Below are positions 9,799-18,740 of a stretch of 24,000 nucleotides of DNA, in pieces. Both the position numbers and the translations under genes were made by a program. Below the pieces are notes generated by a model. The model made no database searches, was not told the origin of the DNA, and saw only the letters and a list, made by a program, of their open reading frames with translations. The stretch is from an uncultured Actinomycetota bacterium (GTDB taxonomy: Bacteria > Actinomycetota > Actinomycetes > Mycobacteriales > Nakamurellaceae): NCBI GenBank assembly GCA_963825975.1, contig CAWGUZ010000012.1, positions 250,914-274,913 of the forward strand, written 5' to 3'. The stretch's first letter is position 1. Every line of letters begins with the position of its first letter.

Positions 9799-9842
9799 AT
9801 CGGGGAGGATTGTGATCACATACGATCACAATCCTCCCCGAT
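9799..9842. terminator. Perfect 19-bp inverted repeat (6-nt loop) between convergent copA and ppdK; likely bidirectional terminator
   Basis: ATCGGGGAGGATTGTGATC (9799-9817), loop ACATAC, GATCACAATCCTCCCCGAT (9824-9842). It sits 22 nt after the copA stop and about 40 nt after the ppdK stop, and contains the nested palindrome TGTGATCACA. Confidence 0.7.
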
Positions 9843-9881
9843 TCTTGCGTCCGGCTGCTCCCGGCCGCCCAAACTGCGCCG

Positions 9882-12590
9882 TCAGTCGGTGGCGGAGTCC
9901 GATTCCTCCGCGACGGCGGCGCGCCCGGCTTCCAGCCGGGCCACCGGCACCCGGAACGGGGAGCAGGAGACGTAGTCCAGGCCGATCGCGTGGAAGAAGT
10001 GGATCGATTCGGGGTCGCCGCCGTGCTCGCCGCAGACCCCGAGCTTCAGGCCGGGCTTGGTCTCGCGGCCCTCCTTGGCGGCGATCTCCACCAGCCGGCC
10101 GACGCCGTCCGCGTCGATGGTCTCGAACGGCGACACGGTGAACACACCCTTGTCCAGATAGGTCGCGAACACGCTGCCTCGACATCGTCGCGGGAGAAGC
10201 CCCAGGTGGTCTGGGTCAGGTCGTTGGTGCCGAAGGAGAAGAAGTCGGCGGCGTCGGCGATCCGGTGCGCGGTCAGCGCGGCCCGCGGCAGCTCGATCAT
10301 GGTGCCGATCGGCACGGTCAGCTCGACCCCGGCCGCGGCGCTGACTTCGGATGATCAGCCTCCGCCTCGTCCCGGACCAGGTACAGTTCCATCACCGAAC
10401 CGACCAGCGGCACCATGATCTCGACCTGCGGCTACTTGCCCGCCCTGAGCAGTTCGCAGGCCGCCTCGGTGATCGCCCGCACCTGCAGCGCGAACAGGCC
10501 GGGGGTGAGCAGCCCGAGCCGGACACCGCGCAGCCCCAGCATCGGGTTCGACTCGTGCAGCCGCTCCACCGCGGCCAGCAGCTTCTGGTCCGCCGGCGTT
10601 CGGCGTGCCGGCCGCCTCGGCGAGCGCGACCTTGACGGCGAGTTCGGTGCGGTCCGGCAGGAACTCGTGCAGCGGCGGGTCGAGCAGCCGGATGGTCACC
10701 GGCAGGCCGTCCATGGCGTCCAGCAACTCGACGAAGTCCTGACGCTGCAGCGGCAGCAGCGCCGTCCAACGCGTCGGTGCGGTCGTCGGTGGTGTCGGCC
10801 AGGATCACCCGCTCGATCAGCGAACGCCGGTCGCCGAGGAACATGTGCTCGGTGCGGCACAGGCCGATACCCTGCGCGCCCAGGCGTCTCGCCCGCACCG
10901 CATCCTCGGCCGTATCGGCGTTGGCGCGGACCCGCAGGCTCCGCCGCTTGTCGGCGTGCTGCAGCAGCCGGTCGACCGCGCGGACCAGGTCGGCGGTCTC
11001 GTCGTCGACGCCGTCGGTGGCGGCGTCCAGACCGGACTCGATGTAGGTCTCGACAGGTGAGGGCACGACCGGCATCGGCCCGAGGAAGACCTCGCCGGTG
11101 GAGCCGTCGATGCTGATCAAGTCACCCTCGCTGATCACGGTGGTGCCGACCCGGACCTGCTGGGTCACCGGGTCGACGTCCAGCGCCTCGGCGCCGCAGA
11201 CGCAGGTCTTGCCCATCCCGCGGGCGACGACGGCGGCGTGCGAGGTCTTCCCGCCGCGGGCGGTGAGAATGCCGTCGGCCGCGATCATGCCCTCGAGGTC
11301 GTCCGGGTTGGTCTCCTGCGGACCAGCACGACCTGCTCGCCGCGCTCCGCCCACGCCTTGGCGGTCGGCGAATCGAACACCACCCGGCCGACGGCCGCGC
11401 CGGGAGAGGCGGCCATTCCCTTGGTCAGCAGCGTCGCTGTCCGCCGACCGGTCGAACTGAGGGAACATCAGCTGCGCCAGTTGGGCGCCGGACACCCGAG
11501 CCAACGCCTCGTCCAGGGTGATCAACTGCTCGTCGACCAGTTGCGCGGCGATCCGGAACGCCGCCGCCGGGGTTCGCTTGCCGACCCGCGTCTGCAGCAT
11601 CCACAGCTTGCCGCGTTCGATGGTGAACTCGATGTCGCACAGGTCCCGGTAGTGGGTCTCCAGGCGACGCATCACCCGGGTCAGCTCGCGGTGCGAGTCC
11701 GGGTCCAGGCCGGACAGGTCGTCCAGGGACAGGGTGTTGCGGATGCCGGAGACCACGTCCTCGCCCTGCGCGTTCGACAGGTAGTCGCCGTAGGCCCCGG
11801 ACTCCCCGGTGGCCGGGTCACGGGTGAAAGCCACACCGGTGCCGCTGGTGTCGCCCAGGTTGCCGAACACCATGGTGCACACGTTGACCGCCGTGCCGAG
11901 GTTCTCGCTGATCCGTTCCCGCCGCCGGTAGAGCTTGGCCCGGTCGGTGTTCCAGGACTGGAACACGGCGCGGATCGCCATGTCCAGCTGCTCCCGCGGG
12001 TGCTGCGGGAACTCGGCTCCGGTGTGTTCGCGGATCTGATCCTTGAACGTGTCCACGATCTGCTGGAGATCCTCGACGCCCAGGTCGAGGTCGCCGGTGA
12101 CGCCCTTGGTGGCCTTGGCGGCATCCCAGGCGTCGGCGAACACCTCGCCGGGGACGTGCAGAACCGTCTTGCCGAACATCTGCAGCAGCCGCCGGTAGGA
12201 GTCCCAGGCGAACCGTTCGTTGCCGGAGACCTCAGCCAGGCCCTTCACGCTGGCGTCGTTGAGGCCGACGTTCAAGACGGACTCCATCATGCCGGGCATC
12301 GAGAACTGGGCACCCGAGCGCACGCTGACCAGGAGCGGGTCGTGCCGGTCCCCGAGGCGGCGACCCAGTTGGTCCTCCAACTGCCGCAGCGCCGTGGTCA
12401 CCTGCACCCGCAGTTGACCCGGCTCGTCGCCCAGCTGCAGGAATTCACGGCAGGCCGCGGTGGTGATGGTGAATCCGGGCGGCACGGGTAGCCCGAGCTT
12501 CGTCATCTCGGCTAGATTCGCGCCCTTTCCACCCAACAGCGCCTTCTGGTCCTTGCTGCCCTGCGTGAAGTCGTACACGTACCGGGTCAT
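9882..12590 (-). pseudogene. ppdK: Pyruvate, phosphate dikinase (PpdK), full length but disrupted by about 6 frameshifts and 1 in-frame stop
   Basis: The N-terminal roughly 375 codons are intact (MTRYVYDFTQGSKDQKALLGGKGANLAEMTKLGLPVPPGFTITT...). Downstream, PPDK-like sequence jumps between all three frames. Recognisable pieces: LLTKGMAASPGAAVGRVVF; ETNPDDLEGMIAADGILTARGGKTSHAAVVARGMGK (catalytic His); LCRTEHMF; [35 protein letters not shown]; [15 protein letters not shown]; [16 protein letters not shown]...[11 protein letters not shown]; [19 protein letters not shown]...CGEHGGDPESI. Confidence 0.85.
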
Positions 12591-13786
12591 TGCGTGCTCC
12601 TTGCGAGTTCGTCGATGAACGGGCCGGCGGCTGAGTTGCCCGGGGCGGCGCCGATGACGTCCCGGACGTGCGTATACAGCGGGTGGTCCGGCGTCAGACC
12701 GGTGATCCGCTCGGTTGCCTCGTGTGGAGTGAGGGTACGCAGAAGTCCCTGCAGTCGGACACTCTCGGGGTCGCCGGGCACGTCGAAACGCAACGCCGCG
12801 CCGACGGTGGCCAGCAGGTGTTGCGGGATGCCGCCCCGCTCGGCCAGTTCGGCCGCCGGCCCGATCAGTCGTTCACGGCGGGACAACTTGCGCAACGGCT
12901 GCCGACCGACGCGCTCCGTCGTGTCCGGCAGGTGCGGATTGGCGAACCGGGTGAGGATCTTGTCCACATAAGCCTGCTGCGCCGCCTCGCTGAACCCGTG
13001 CTTGGCCACCAGCAGGTCCTTGGTCTCCGCCAGCACGCCCCGCACGGCGGCGAGGACCTGACTGTCCGCCAGCGCATCGGACAGCTTGCTGATCCCGCGA
13101 GAGTGTCCGTGATAGGCAGCGGTCGCGTGACCCGTGTTGACGGTGAACAGCTTTCGTTCGATATAGGGCGCCAAGTCGGTCACCCAAGAGGCGTCCGGGA
13201 TGGTGGGCGCGGCTCCCCCGAACGGTGTGCCTTCGATGGCCCACTCGAAATAGGTCTCCACCGTGACATCCAGACCCGCGTCCGCCGCCTGGGCGGGCAC
13301 GATCCGGTCGACTGCGGTATTGGCGAAGGTCGCCGTCGCCGCCGTCGCCGCCCACTCGTCATCCGAGCAGTGCTCCCGGATGTGACCGGCCAGCACGTCG
13401 GTCGCGTTGATCGCGTTCTCGCAGGCCATCACCGCCAACGGAGGTCGACCCGCCGAGCGCACCCGCAGCGCCGCGGCGATGGTCGGCGCCACGAACTTCA
13501 GCACGGTGGGACCGACCGCAGTGGTGACGATGTCGGCGTTCGCGATCTCCTGCACCAGAGCCGCCTCGTCGCTGCGACTGTTGATGGCCCGGTAGTTGTC
13601 GACCCGCTCCGTGGACGACTCCAATCCGACCGCCAGCACCTGGTAGTGCGGGGTTGTCTGCAACGCGTCGATCAGCGTGTCGGCGACGTCGGCGAACACC
13701 ACCTCGTATCCGGCCCGGTGCAGGATCAGCCCGACGAATCCTCGACCGATGTTGCCCGCACCGAAATGAACAGCTGTGCCCGGCAT
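12587..13786 (-). CDS. mtlD: Mannitol-1-phosphate 5-dehydrogenase
   Basis: 399 aa. N-terminal HFGAGNIGRGFVG Rossmann motif and MtlD-like body (ACENAINATD, FANTAVDRIVP, FTVNTGHA). The stop overlaps the ppdK ATG as ATGA (12587-12590). GAGGA lies 9 nt upstream of ATG 13786. Confidence 0.9.
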   Translation of the reverse strand: MPGTAVHFGAGNIGRGFVGLILHRAGYEVVFADVADTLIDALQTTPHYQVLAVGLESSTERVDNYRAINSRSDEAALVQEIANADIVTTAVGPTVLKFVAPTIAAALRVRSAGRPPLAVMACENAINATDVLAGHIREHCSDDEWAATAATATFANTAVDRIVPAQAADAGLDVTVETYFEWAIEGTPFGGAAPTIPDASWVTDLAPYIERKLFTVNTGHATAAYHGHSRGISKLSDALADSQVLAAVRGVLAETKDLLVAKHGFSEAAQQAYVDKILTRFANPHLPDTTERVGRQPLRKLSRRERLIGPAAELAERGGIPQHLLATVGAALRFDVPGDPESVRLQGLLRTLTPHEATERITGLTPDHPLYTHVRDVIGAAPGNSAAGPFIDELARSTQ

Positions 13787-13790
13787 GCCG

Positions 13791-14228
13791 TCAGTCCTCG
13801 TTGACAGCGGTGAGCAGGTCGTACAGCTCCTGCGCGGACCCGGCGGCGATGAGTTTGGCGACCTCGTCGGTGTCCGAGAAGATGATCGCGACCTTACTCA
13901 GGATTTCCAGGTGGCCGCCTTGGAACCCGGCGATGCCGATCGCGAACCGGACCTCGTTGCCGTCCCAGTCGATCGGCGTCTCGTACCGGATCACGGACAG
14001 CGCGGAGGACTTGATCGAGTCCTTGGCCTCGTTGGTGCCGTGCGGGATGGCCAGGAAGTTGCCCATGTAGGTGGACACCGACTTCTCCCGCGCGAACATG
14101 GCGTCGATGTACTGCGGGTCGACCGCGCCGGCGTCGACCAGGATCTGCCCGGCCTCCCGGATCGCGTCGTCCTTACTCACGGCGGTACCGGGGGTCTTGA
14201 TCTGAGACAGGGTGAGGATGTCGCTCAT
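13791..14228 (-). CDS. mtlF: PTS mannitol-specific EIIA component
   Basis: 145 aa PTS_EIIA_2-type protein with the phosphorylatable His in FLAIPHGT. RBS AAGGGAG lies upstream of ATG 14228. Confidence 0.88.
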   Translation of the reverse strand: MSDILTLSQIKTPGTAVSKDDAIREAGQILVDAGAVDPQYIDAMFAREKSVSTYMGNFLAIPHGTNEAKDSIKSSALSVIRYETPIDWDGNEVRFAIGIAGFQGGHLEILSKVAIIFSDTDEVAKLIAAGSAQELYDLLTAVNED

Positions 14229-14258
14229 CTGCGTGTGCTCCCTTGGCTTCGTTGCAGG

Positions 14259-14321
14259 GTTTACGGTCGGTTCGTTTTACGGTCGGTTCGTTTTACGGTC
14301 GGTTGGTTGCGCGGTCAGTTC
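14259..14321. repeat. 16-bp tandem repeat (GTTTTACGGTCGGTTC) x3 plus one degenerate unit, in the mtlA-mtlF spacer
   Basis: Units: GTTTACGGTCGGTTC (14259-14273), GTTTTACGGTCGGTTC (14274-14289), GTTTTACGGTCGGTTG (14290-14305) and the degenerate GTTGCGCGGTCAGTTC (14306-14321). The last unit overlaps the mtlA stop codon at 14315-14317. Confidence 0.9.
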
Positions 14322-15868
14322 GATGGGACGTGGTTGGTCGCCCGCAACTCCTCGACGATGTCGTCGTACTTGGGACTGCTCATGAAGTTGTCGACCGAGA
14401 TGTGTTGGGCGCCGGGCACCTTGTCCCGAGCCCGAGCAGTGAGGTCCTGATGGGTGACGATGAGGTCCACATCGTCGAGCAGGTTGGCGATAGCGAGGTT
14501 GACCACCGTGACGTCGGTGAAGCCGGCCTTCTTGATCTTGTTACGGAGCACCGAGGCGCCCATCGCGGACGAACCCATGCCGGCGTCGCAGGCGAAGACG
14601 ATCTTGTGGATCGGGGTGCTCCGGGTGGCCGCCTCGCGGGACTCGTCGGCCTCGTCCTGCGACACCTCGATGTCGGAGAGCACCTGCCCGGCAGCGCCGG
14701 GCGTGAGCACTGCGGACACGCTGCTCTTCTTGCCCTTCAGACCCTCCATCTTCGAGGTTGCGGCGGCCAGGTCCGCGTTCACGTCCGACTTGCGGCTCGC
14801 CCGCAGGATGATCGAGGCGATCAGGAAACTCGTCGCCGCCGAAAGCAGGACTGAGGCGATCACCCCGAAGATGCTGCTGCCCGGGGTTTGGATGAGCACC
14901 GCGATGATGGAGCCGGGCGCGGCCGGAGCCCGCAGGCCGGCGTTGAAAACGGTCAGGGTCAGGATGCCGACCATGCCGCCGGCGACGGTCGCGATCAGCG
15001 TCAGGGGCTTCATCAGCACGTACGGGAAGTAGATCTCGTGGATGCCGCCGAAGAACTGGATGATCGCCGCAGCGGGTGCGGTGCTCTTCGCGAGGCCGGT
15101 GCCGAAGATCGAGTAGGCGATGAGCAGGCCGACGCCGGGACCGGGGTTGGCCTCCAGCAGGAACAGGATCGATTGACCGGTCGCCGCCGACTCGTTGATC
15201 CCCAGCGGGGTCAGCACGCCGTGGTTGATCGCGTTGTTCAGGAACAGCACCTTGGCCGGTTCGATGATCAGGCTGGCCAACGGGAGCACGCTGTGACCGA
15301 TCAACCAGTCGACGCCGTTGCCCAGTGCGGTCGAGATGCCCTCGATCAGCGGACCGAACACGTAGAAGCTGACGACTGCCAAACCGGCCGCCAGGGTTCC
15401 GGCGGAGAAGTTGTTGACCAGCATCTCGAAGCCCGGCTTGATCCTGCCGTCCCAGATCGCGTCGAGCTTCTTCATCAGGAATGCGGCCAACGGGCCCATG
15501 ATCATCGCGCCCATGAACATCGGGGACGGCGTACACATGATCACGCCCATGGTGGCGACGACGGCGACCACCGCCCCGCGCACCCCGTAAACCATTCGAC
15601 CACCCTGCGCGGCGATCAGAATCGGCAGCATGAACCGCACCATCGGGCCGACCAGTCCGGGGTTCGCCACCCCGTCTGCGTCCAGCCCGAACCCGCCGAT
15701 GACATCAAGCGGGAACGGGCCCTTCTCGATGAACAGCGCGGTGATCAAACCCCAGGCGATGAACGCGGCGATGTTCGGCATGATCATCCCGGACAGGAAA
15801 GTGCCGAACTTCTGGACCGCGACCCGGGTGCCGGACGTCTTACCGGCGAGTGCCGCTTCCGTACTCAC
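14315..15868 (-). CDS. mtlA: PTS mannitol transporter subunit EIICB
   Basis: 517 aa. N-terminal EIIC membrane domain (KFGTFLSGMIMPNIAAFIAWGLITALF...) and C-terminal EIIB with the active Cys (KIVFACDAGMGSSAMGASVLRNK). GTG start at 15868 with AGAAGGGAA upstream. Confidence 0.92.
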   Translation of the reverse strand: MSTEAALAGKTSGTRVAVQKFGTFLSGMIMPNIAAFIAWGLITALFIEKGPFPLDVIGGFGLDADGVANPGLVGPMVRFMLPILIAAQGGRMVYGVRGAVVAVVATMGVIMCTPSPMFMGAMIMGPLAAFLMKKLDAIWDGRIKPGFEMLVNNFSAGTLAAGLAVVSFYVFGPLIEGISTALGNGVDWLIGHSVLPLASLIIEPAKVLFLNNAINHGVLTPLGINESAATGQSILFLLEANPGPGVGLLIAYSIFGTGLAKSTAPAAAIIQFFGGIHEIYFPYVLMKPLTLIATVAGGMVGILTLTVFNAGLRAPAAPGSIIAVLIQTPGSSIFGVIASVLLSAATSFLIASIILRASRKSDVNADLAAATSKMEGLKGKKSSVSAVLTPGAAGQVLSDIEVSQDEADESREAATRSTPIHKIVFACDAGMGSSAMGASVLRNKIKKAGFTDVTVVNLAIANLLDDVDLIVTHQDLTARARDKVPGAQHISVDNFMSSPKYDDIVEELRATNHVPSN

Positions 15869-16050
15869 AATGGTTCCCTTCTAGGGTGATCGCGGTCCGA
15901 ATGCGGCCCGCGGACGTGCTGAGACAGCCCAAACCGCTTATACCGGAAGGGCTTTCGAAGAACGGGGAGCGGGCTCAGGGCGCCGCTGGTGCCAGGCCTG
16001 ACGGTGATGCAGGTCTCAGCATGTGAACTGTAACTCATCAGACATGGTTA

Positions 16051-16143
16051 TGTCACCGGTGACAGAGAAGTTTTTTCAAATTTCTGTCACCGGTGACAGT
16101 GTCTGCTGTCATCGGTGACAGGCAGCAGCGGTCATCGGTGACA
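16051..16143. promoter_or_regulatory. Array of four 14-bp palindromic operators (LacI-family type) in the mtlA / lacI-family divergent region
   Basis: O1 TGTCACCGGTGACA 16051-16064 (perfect palindrome). O2 TGTCACCGGTGACA 16085-16098 (perfect). O3 TGTCATCGGTGACA 16107-16120. O4 GGTCATCGGTGACA 16130-16143. The architecture TGT-N3-C|G-N3-ACA matches LacI/GalR operators. An AT-rich patch (GAGAAGTTTTTTCAAATTTC) between O1 and O2 is the likely promoter core. Confidence 0.7.
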
Positions 16144-16220
16144 TACTGGGGAGGTCATTCCGTGGGCGGTCCCGTCGCGCCAGCGACCGGACCGGCCGGC
16201 AACCGCTCAGGAGAGCATCT

Positions 16221-17189
16221 GTGAGCACGATGCGCGACGTCGCCCAACTCGCGGGGGTCAGCGCTAAAACCGTGTCCAGGGTCATGAACAATGACCGGTA
16301 CGTCTCCGACGATGTGCGCGCCCGCGTCCTGCAGGCCGTCGAAGCACTCAGCTACGTGCCCAACTTGATGGCCCGCAGCTTTCGGGCCGGCCACGACAGT
16401 GCGATCGGGGTCGCGGTGCCGGCCGTGACCGGCTTCTTCGGGCACGTCGTCGAAGCAGTCGAACGCATCGCCCGCGACCGCGGCGTCGCCGTGTACCTGA
16501 CCTGTCTGGGACAGGATGCCGACGGCGAACAAGCCGCGGTGGAGGCCTTGCTCGCCCGCAATGTGATCGGCCTGATCGCCGCCCCGATCGCCGCCGACCA
16601 GTCCTACCTGCGACCCTGGCGGGATCGCGCCAGCATGGTCTTCCTCGACCGCCGCCCTCGCAAACTCGCCGCCGCCTACGTCGTCCACGACGACAACGGC
16701 GGCACCCGCATGGCCATCAACCATCTGCTCGACCACGGCCACCGCCGCATCGCGTTCGCCGGCGATTCGCTCAAAGTGCCCACCACCGCCCGTCGCCGCA
16801 GCACCTACGAGCTCGCGTTGTTCGACGCCGGCATCGCCGTCGACCCGTTCCTGATCTCGTTGGACGCCGATACCGCCGCCGATGTCCCGCGGCTGCTCGC
16901 GCTGGCCGACCCGCCCACCGCCATCTTCGCCGCCAACCCGAGCTGCAGCATGCCCATCGCCCGACAACTCCACTCGGCTGGTCGTACCGACATCACCCTG
17001 CTCGGCTTCGGCGACTTTCCGATGGCCGACGCCCTCACCCCACCTGTCAGCGTCATCGATCAGGACCCCACCCGACTCGGCACCCTCGCCGCTAATCGCC
17101 TCTTTCAGCGCGTCGACGAACCCGACAGACGACTACCGCGGCAGACCGTGCTGCCCGTCACCCTCGTCCGCCGCGGCTGCTGCGAATAG
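16221..17189 (+). CDS. LacI-family transcriptional regulator
   Basis: 322 aa. N-terminal HTH (MRDVAQLAGVSAKTVSRVMNN...VSDDVRARVLQAVEALSYVPNLMARSF) and a periplasmic-binding-protein-like sugar-binding core. GTG 16221 is preceded by AGGAGAG. Confidence 0.9.
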   Translation: MSTMRDVAQLAGVSAKTVSRVMNNDRYVSDDVRARVLQAVEALSYVPNLMARSFRAGHDSAIGVAVPAVTGFFGHVVEAVERIARDRGVAVYLTCLGQDADGEQAAVEALLARNVIGLIAAPIAADQSYLRPWRDRASMVFLDRRPRKLAAAYVVHDDNGGTRMAINHLLDHGHRRIAFAGDSLKVPTTARRRSTYELALFDAGIAVDPFLISLDADTAADVPRLLALADPPTAIFAANPSCSMPIARQLHSAGRTDITLLGFGDFPMADALTPPVSVIDQDPTRLGTLAANRLFQRVDEPDRRLPRQTVLPVTLVRRGCCE

Positions 17190-17689
17190 CCGCGGGTCGA
17201 ACACGGGCGGCTGAGCCAGGCCTCGGGCGGAACGTTGATGGAAAAGTATTGTCAATGCTGCAGGGGGCGCCTCGGGTGCGCCGACGGTCATCGCCTGCTG
17301 GATCCTCCCGGACGTTCCGCTTCCTCGAAAGCCGGCTGCTCGGGCTGCGCGGCCCGGTCGGCCTGGTCGGTCTGGGCGGGCTGGTCGGCGCGATGACGGA
17401 TCGCGCGGGCTTCGTCGAGGTCCTTGCGCTCCGTCTCGGCTTGCTTGTCGCTGGCCGATCTCGTTGACGCGGTTCGTCGCCCGGCCCAACGCCCGACGTA
17501 ACCGGAGGCCGAGCAGAACGCTCCGAGGATCCCGAATACCAGACCGAATCCGGCGGTCGACCCGGCGGCGAGCTGGGTGGTCGATCTGCGGAGTTGTTGT
17601 CGGTCGCTCTCGATTGCCGCGGTGCCGAACGGCGGCCGGCTAATCTCGGGATGAGCCAGGGCTCAAACCACTGGGATGGAAACAGAACC

Positions 17690-17728
17690 GAGGGCGGGGC
17701 CCCGCCTGAAACGCGAGATCCCGCCCTC
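17690..17728 (-). terminator. GC-rich stem-loop terminator after the DUF3618 gene
   Basis: On the minus strand, GAGGGCGGG (17728-17720) pairs with CCCGCCCTC (17698-17690), with the inner palindrome GGCGGGGCCCCGCC. It is followed by GGTTCTGTTTCC and lies 12 nt after the stop at 17740. Confidence 0.6.
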
Positions 17729-17739
17729 AGCCGGACACT

Positions 17740-18327
17740 TCACACTGCGCTTTGCTGCACCGCCTCCGTCGCCTGCTGGGCCTGATCCTTGACGTCGTCC
17801 GCCGCGGCGGCCCCTTCGTCCTTGACCGTGTCCACCGCCTCGATCGCGGTGGACTTGACCGATTCCATGGCCTGCTGGGCGGGCTCCTGGAGGTTGCCCG
17901 CCAGTTCCTTTGCCGCCGTGGAAACCTCGTCGACGAGAGGCTCGGCCTGTTCCTTCAGCGCGGTCGCCAGCTGTGCCTCCTTCGCGGAGGCCGGGAACAG
18001 CGACGCCGCCAACAGGCCGACGCCGAAGGCGATGAGTCCAGCCGCGACGGGACTGCCCTTCGTCTGGTTCTGCACCATGGTGGGGGCGCCCGTCACGGCG
18101 TCTCCGACCGCGGACGCCGCGCCCCCGACGGCGCCCTTAGCGTCATCCGTGGTCCCCATCAAACTCTCCTTCACGCTGGTCGCGGTACCGAAGATCTTGT
18201 CCCGCTGGCGCTTTGCGATCGAGGCGGGGCTCACCTTCTCCGACAACGCGTTGACGTCGTTGCTCAGACCGGCGCGGGTGGCCTCGATCTGACGGCGAAT
18301 CTCATCCGGGTCGTTGCTGCTGGTCAT
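17740..18327 (-). CDS. DUF3618 domain-containing protein
   Basis: Starts at ATG 18327 (MTSSNDPDEIRRQIEATRAGLSNDVNALSEKVSP, the DUF3618 signature) preceded by GAGGAGGAGAA. It has a central TM segment (VAAGLIAFGVGLLAASLF). The ATG overlaps the upstream stop as ATGA. The longer 370-aa track ORF is rejected. Confidence 0.8.
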   Translation of the reverse strand: MTSSNDPDEIRRQIEATRAGLSNDVNALSEKVSPASIAKRQRDKIFGTATSVKESLMGTTDDAKGAVGGAASAVGDAVTGAPTMVQNQTKGSPVAAGLIAFGVGLLAASLFPASAKEAQLATALKEQAEPLVDEVSTAAKELAGNLQEPAQQAMESVKSTAIEAVDTVKDEGAAAADDVKDQAQQATEAVQQSAV

Positions 18328-18740
18328 CGGTTCTCCTCCTCGTTGCCTTTGATCGCGTTCGGAATCTTCGACACTGTCTCGCTCGTACGGTCCAACCCGC
18401 GGACGGCGGCCAACTCTTTGCGCCCCATGGCGAACAGGACGGCTCCGGCGATGCCCCACAAGACCGCCACGATCAATGCCGACCAGCCGTGCCCCATCCA
18501 GACACCCAATGCCCACCACAGCGCGATGGACAGGAACAGCGCGACCATGTAACCGGCGAACCCGGCACCGCCGAGCATCCCCGCGCCCTTCCCGGCTCGT
18601 TTGGCCGACTGGGCCAATTCCGCCTTCGCCAGCGCGACCTCCTGGCGCATCAGAGTCGAGACGTCCGTAGTGATCTCGGTGAGCAGTTCGCCGAGGGACT
18701 GGGACGACGGGTTCGTCGGTGTTTCGGTGGGCGAGCTCAC
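18324..18740 (-). CDS. Holin-X-like (Phage_holin_3_6 family) small membrane protein
   Basis: 138 aa. SLGELLTEITTDVSTLMRQEVALAKAELAQSAKRAGKGAGMLGGAGFAGYMVALFLSIALWWAL, then a second TM segment. This is the typical actinobacterial holin-X pattern. The GTG start overlaps the upstream stop as GTGA. Confidence 0.75.
   Translation of the reverse strand: MSSPTETPTNPSSQSLGELLTEITTDVSTLMRQEVALAKAELAQSAKRAGKGAGMLGGAGFAGYMVALFLSIALWWALGVWMGHGWSALIVAVLWGIAGAVLFAMGRKELAAVRGLDRTSETVSKIPNAIKGNEEENR

Noticed and set aside
17133-17489. The 118-aa minus ORF and the 72-aa plus ORF (17249..17467) downstream of the LacI-family gene
   Set aside because: The composition is Arg/Pro/Gly-rich, the minus ORF overlaps the 3' end of the regulator gene, and neither has motifs or an RBS.
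17288-17662. A minus-strand 124-codon open frame (…IESDRQQLRRSTTQLAAGSTAGFGLVFGILGAFCSASGYVGRW…DKQAETERKDLDEARAIRHRADQPAQ…) that looks like a small TM protein
   Set aside because: It contains no in-frame ATG, GTG or TTG at all, which is why it is absent from the ORF track, and I could find no RBS. It may be a remnant or frameshifted gene, or use a rare start. The support is not good enough to list it as a feature.
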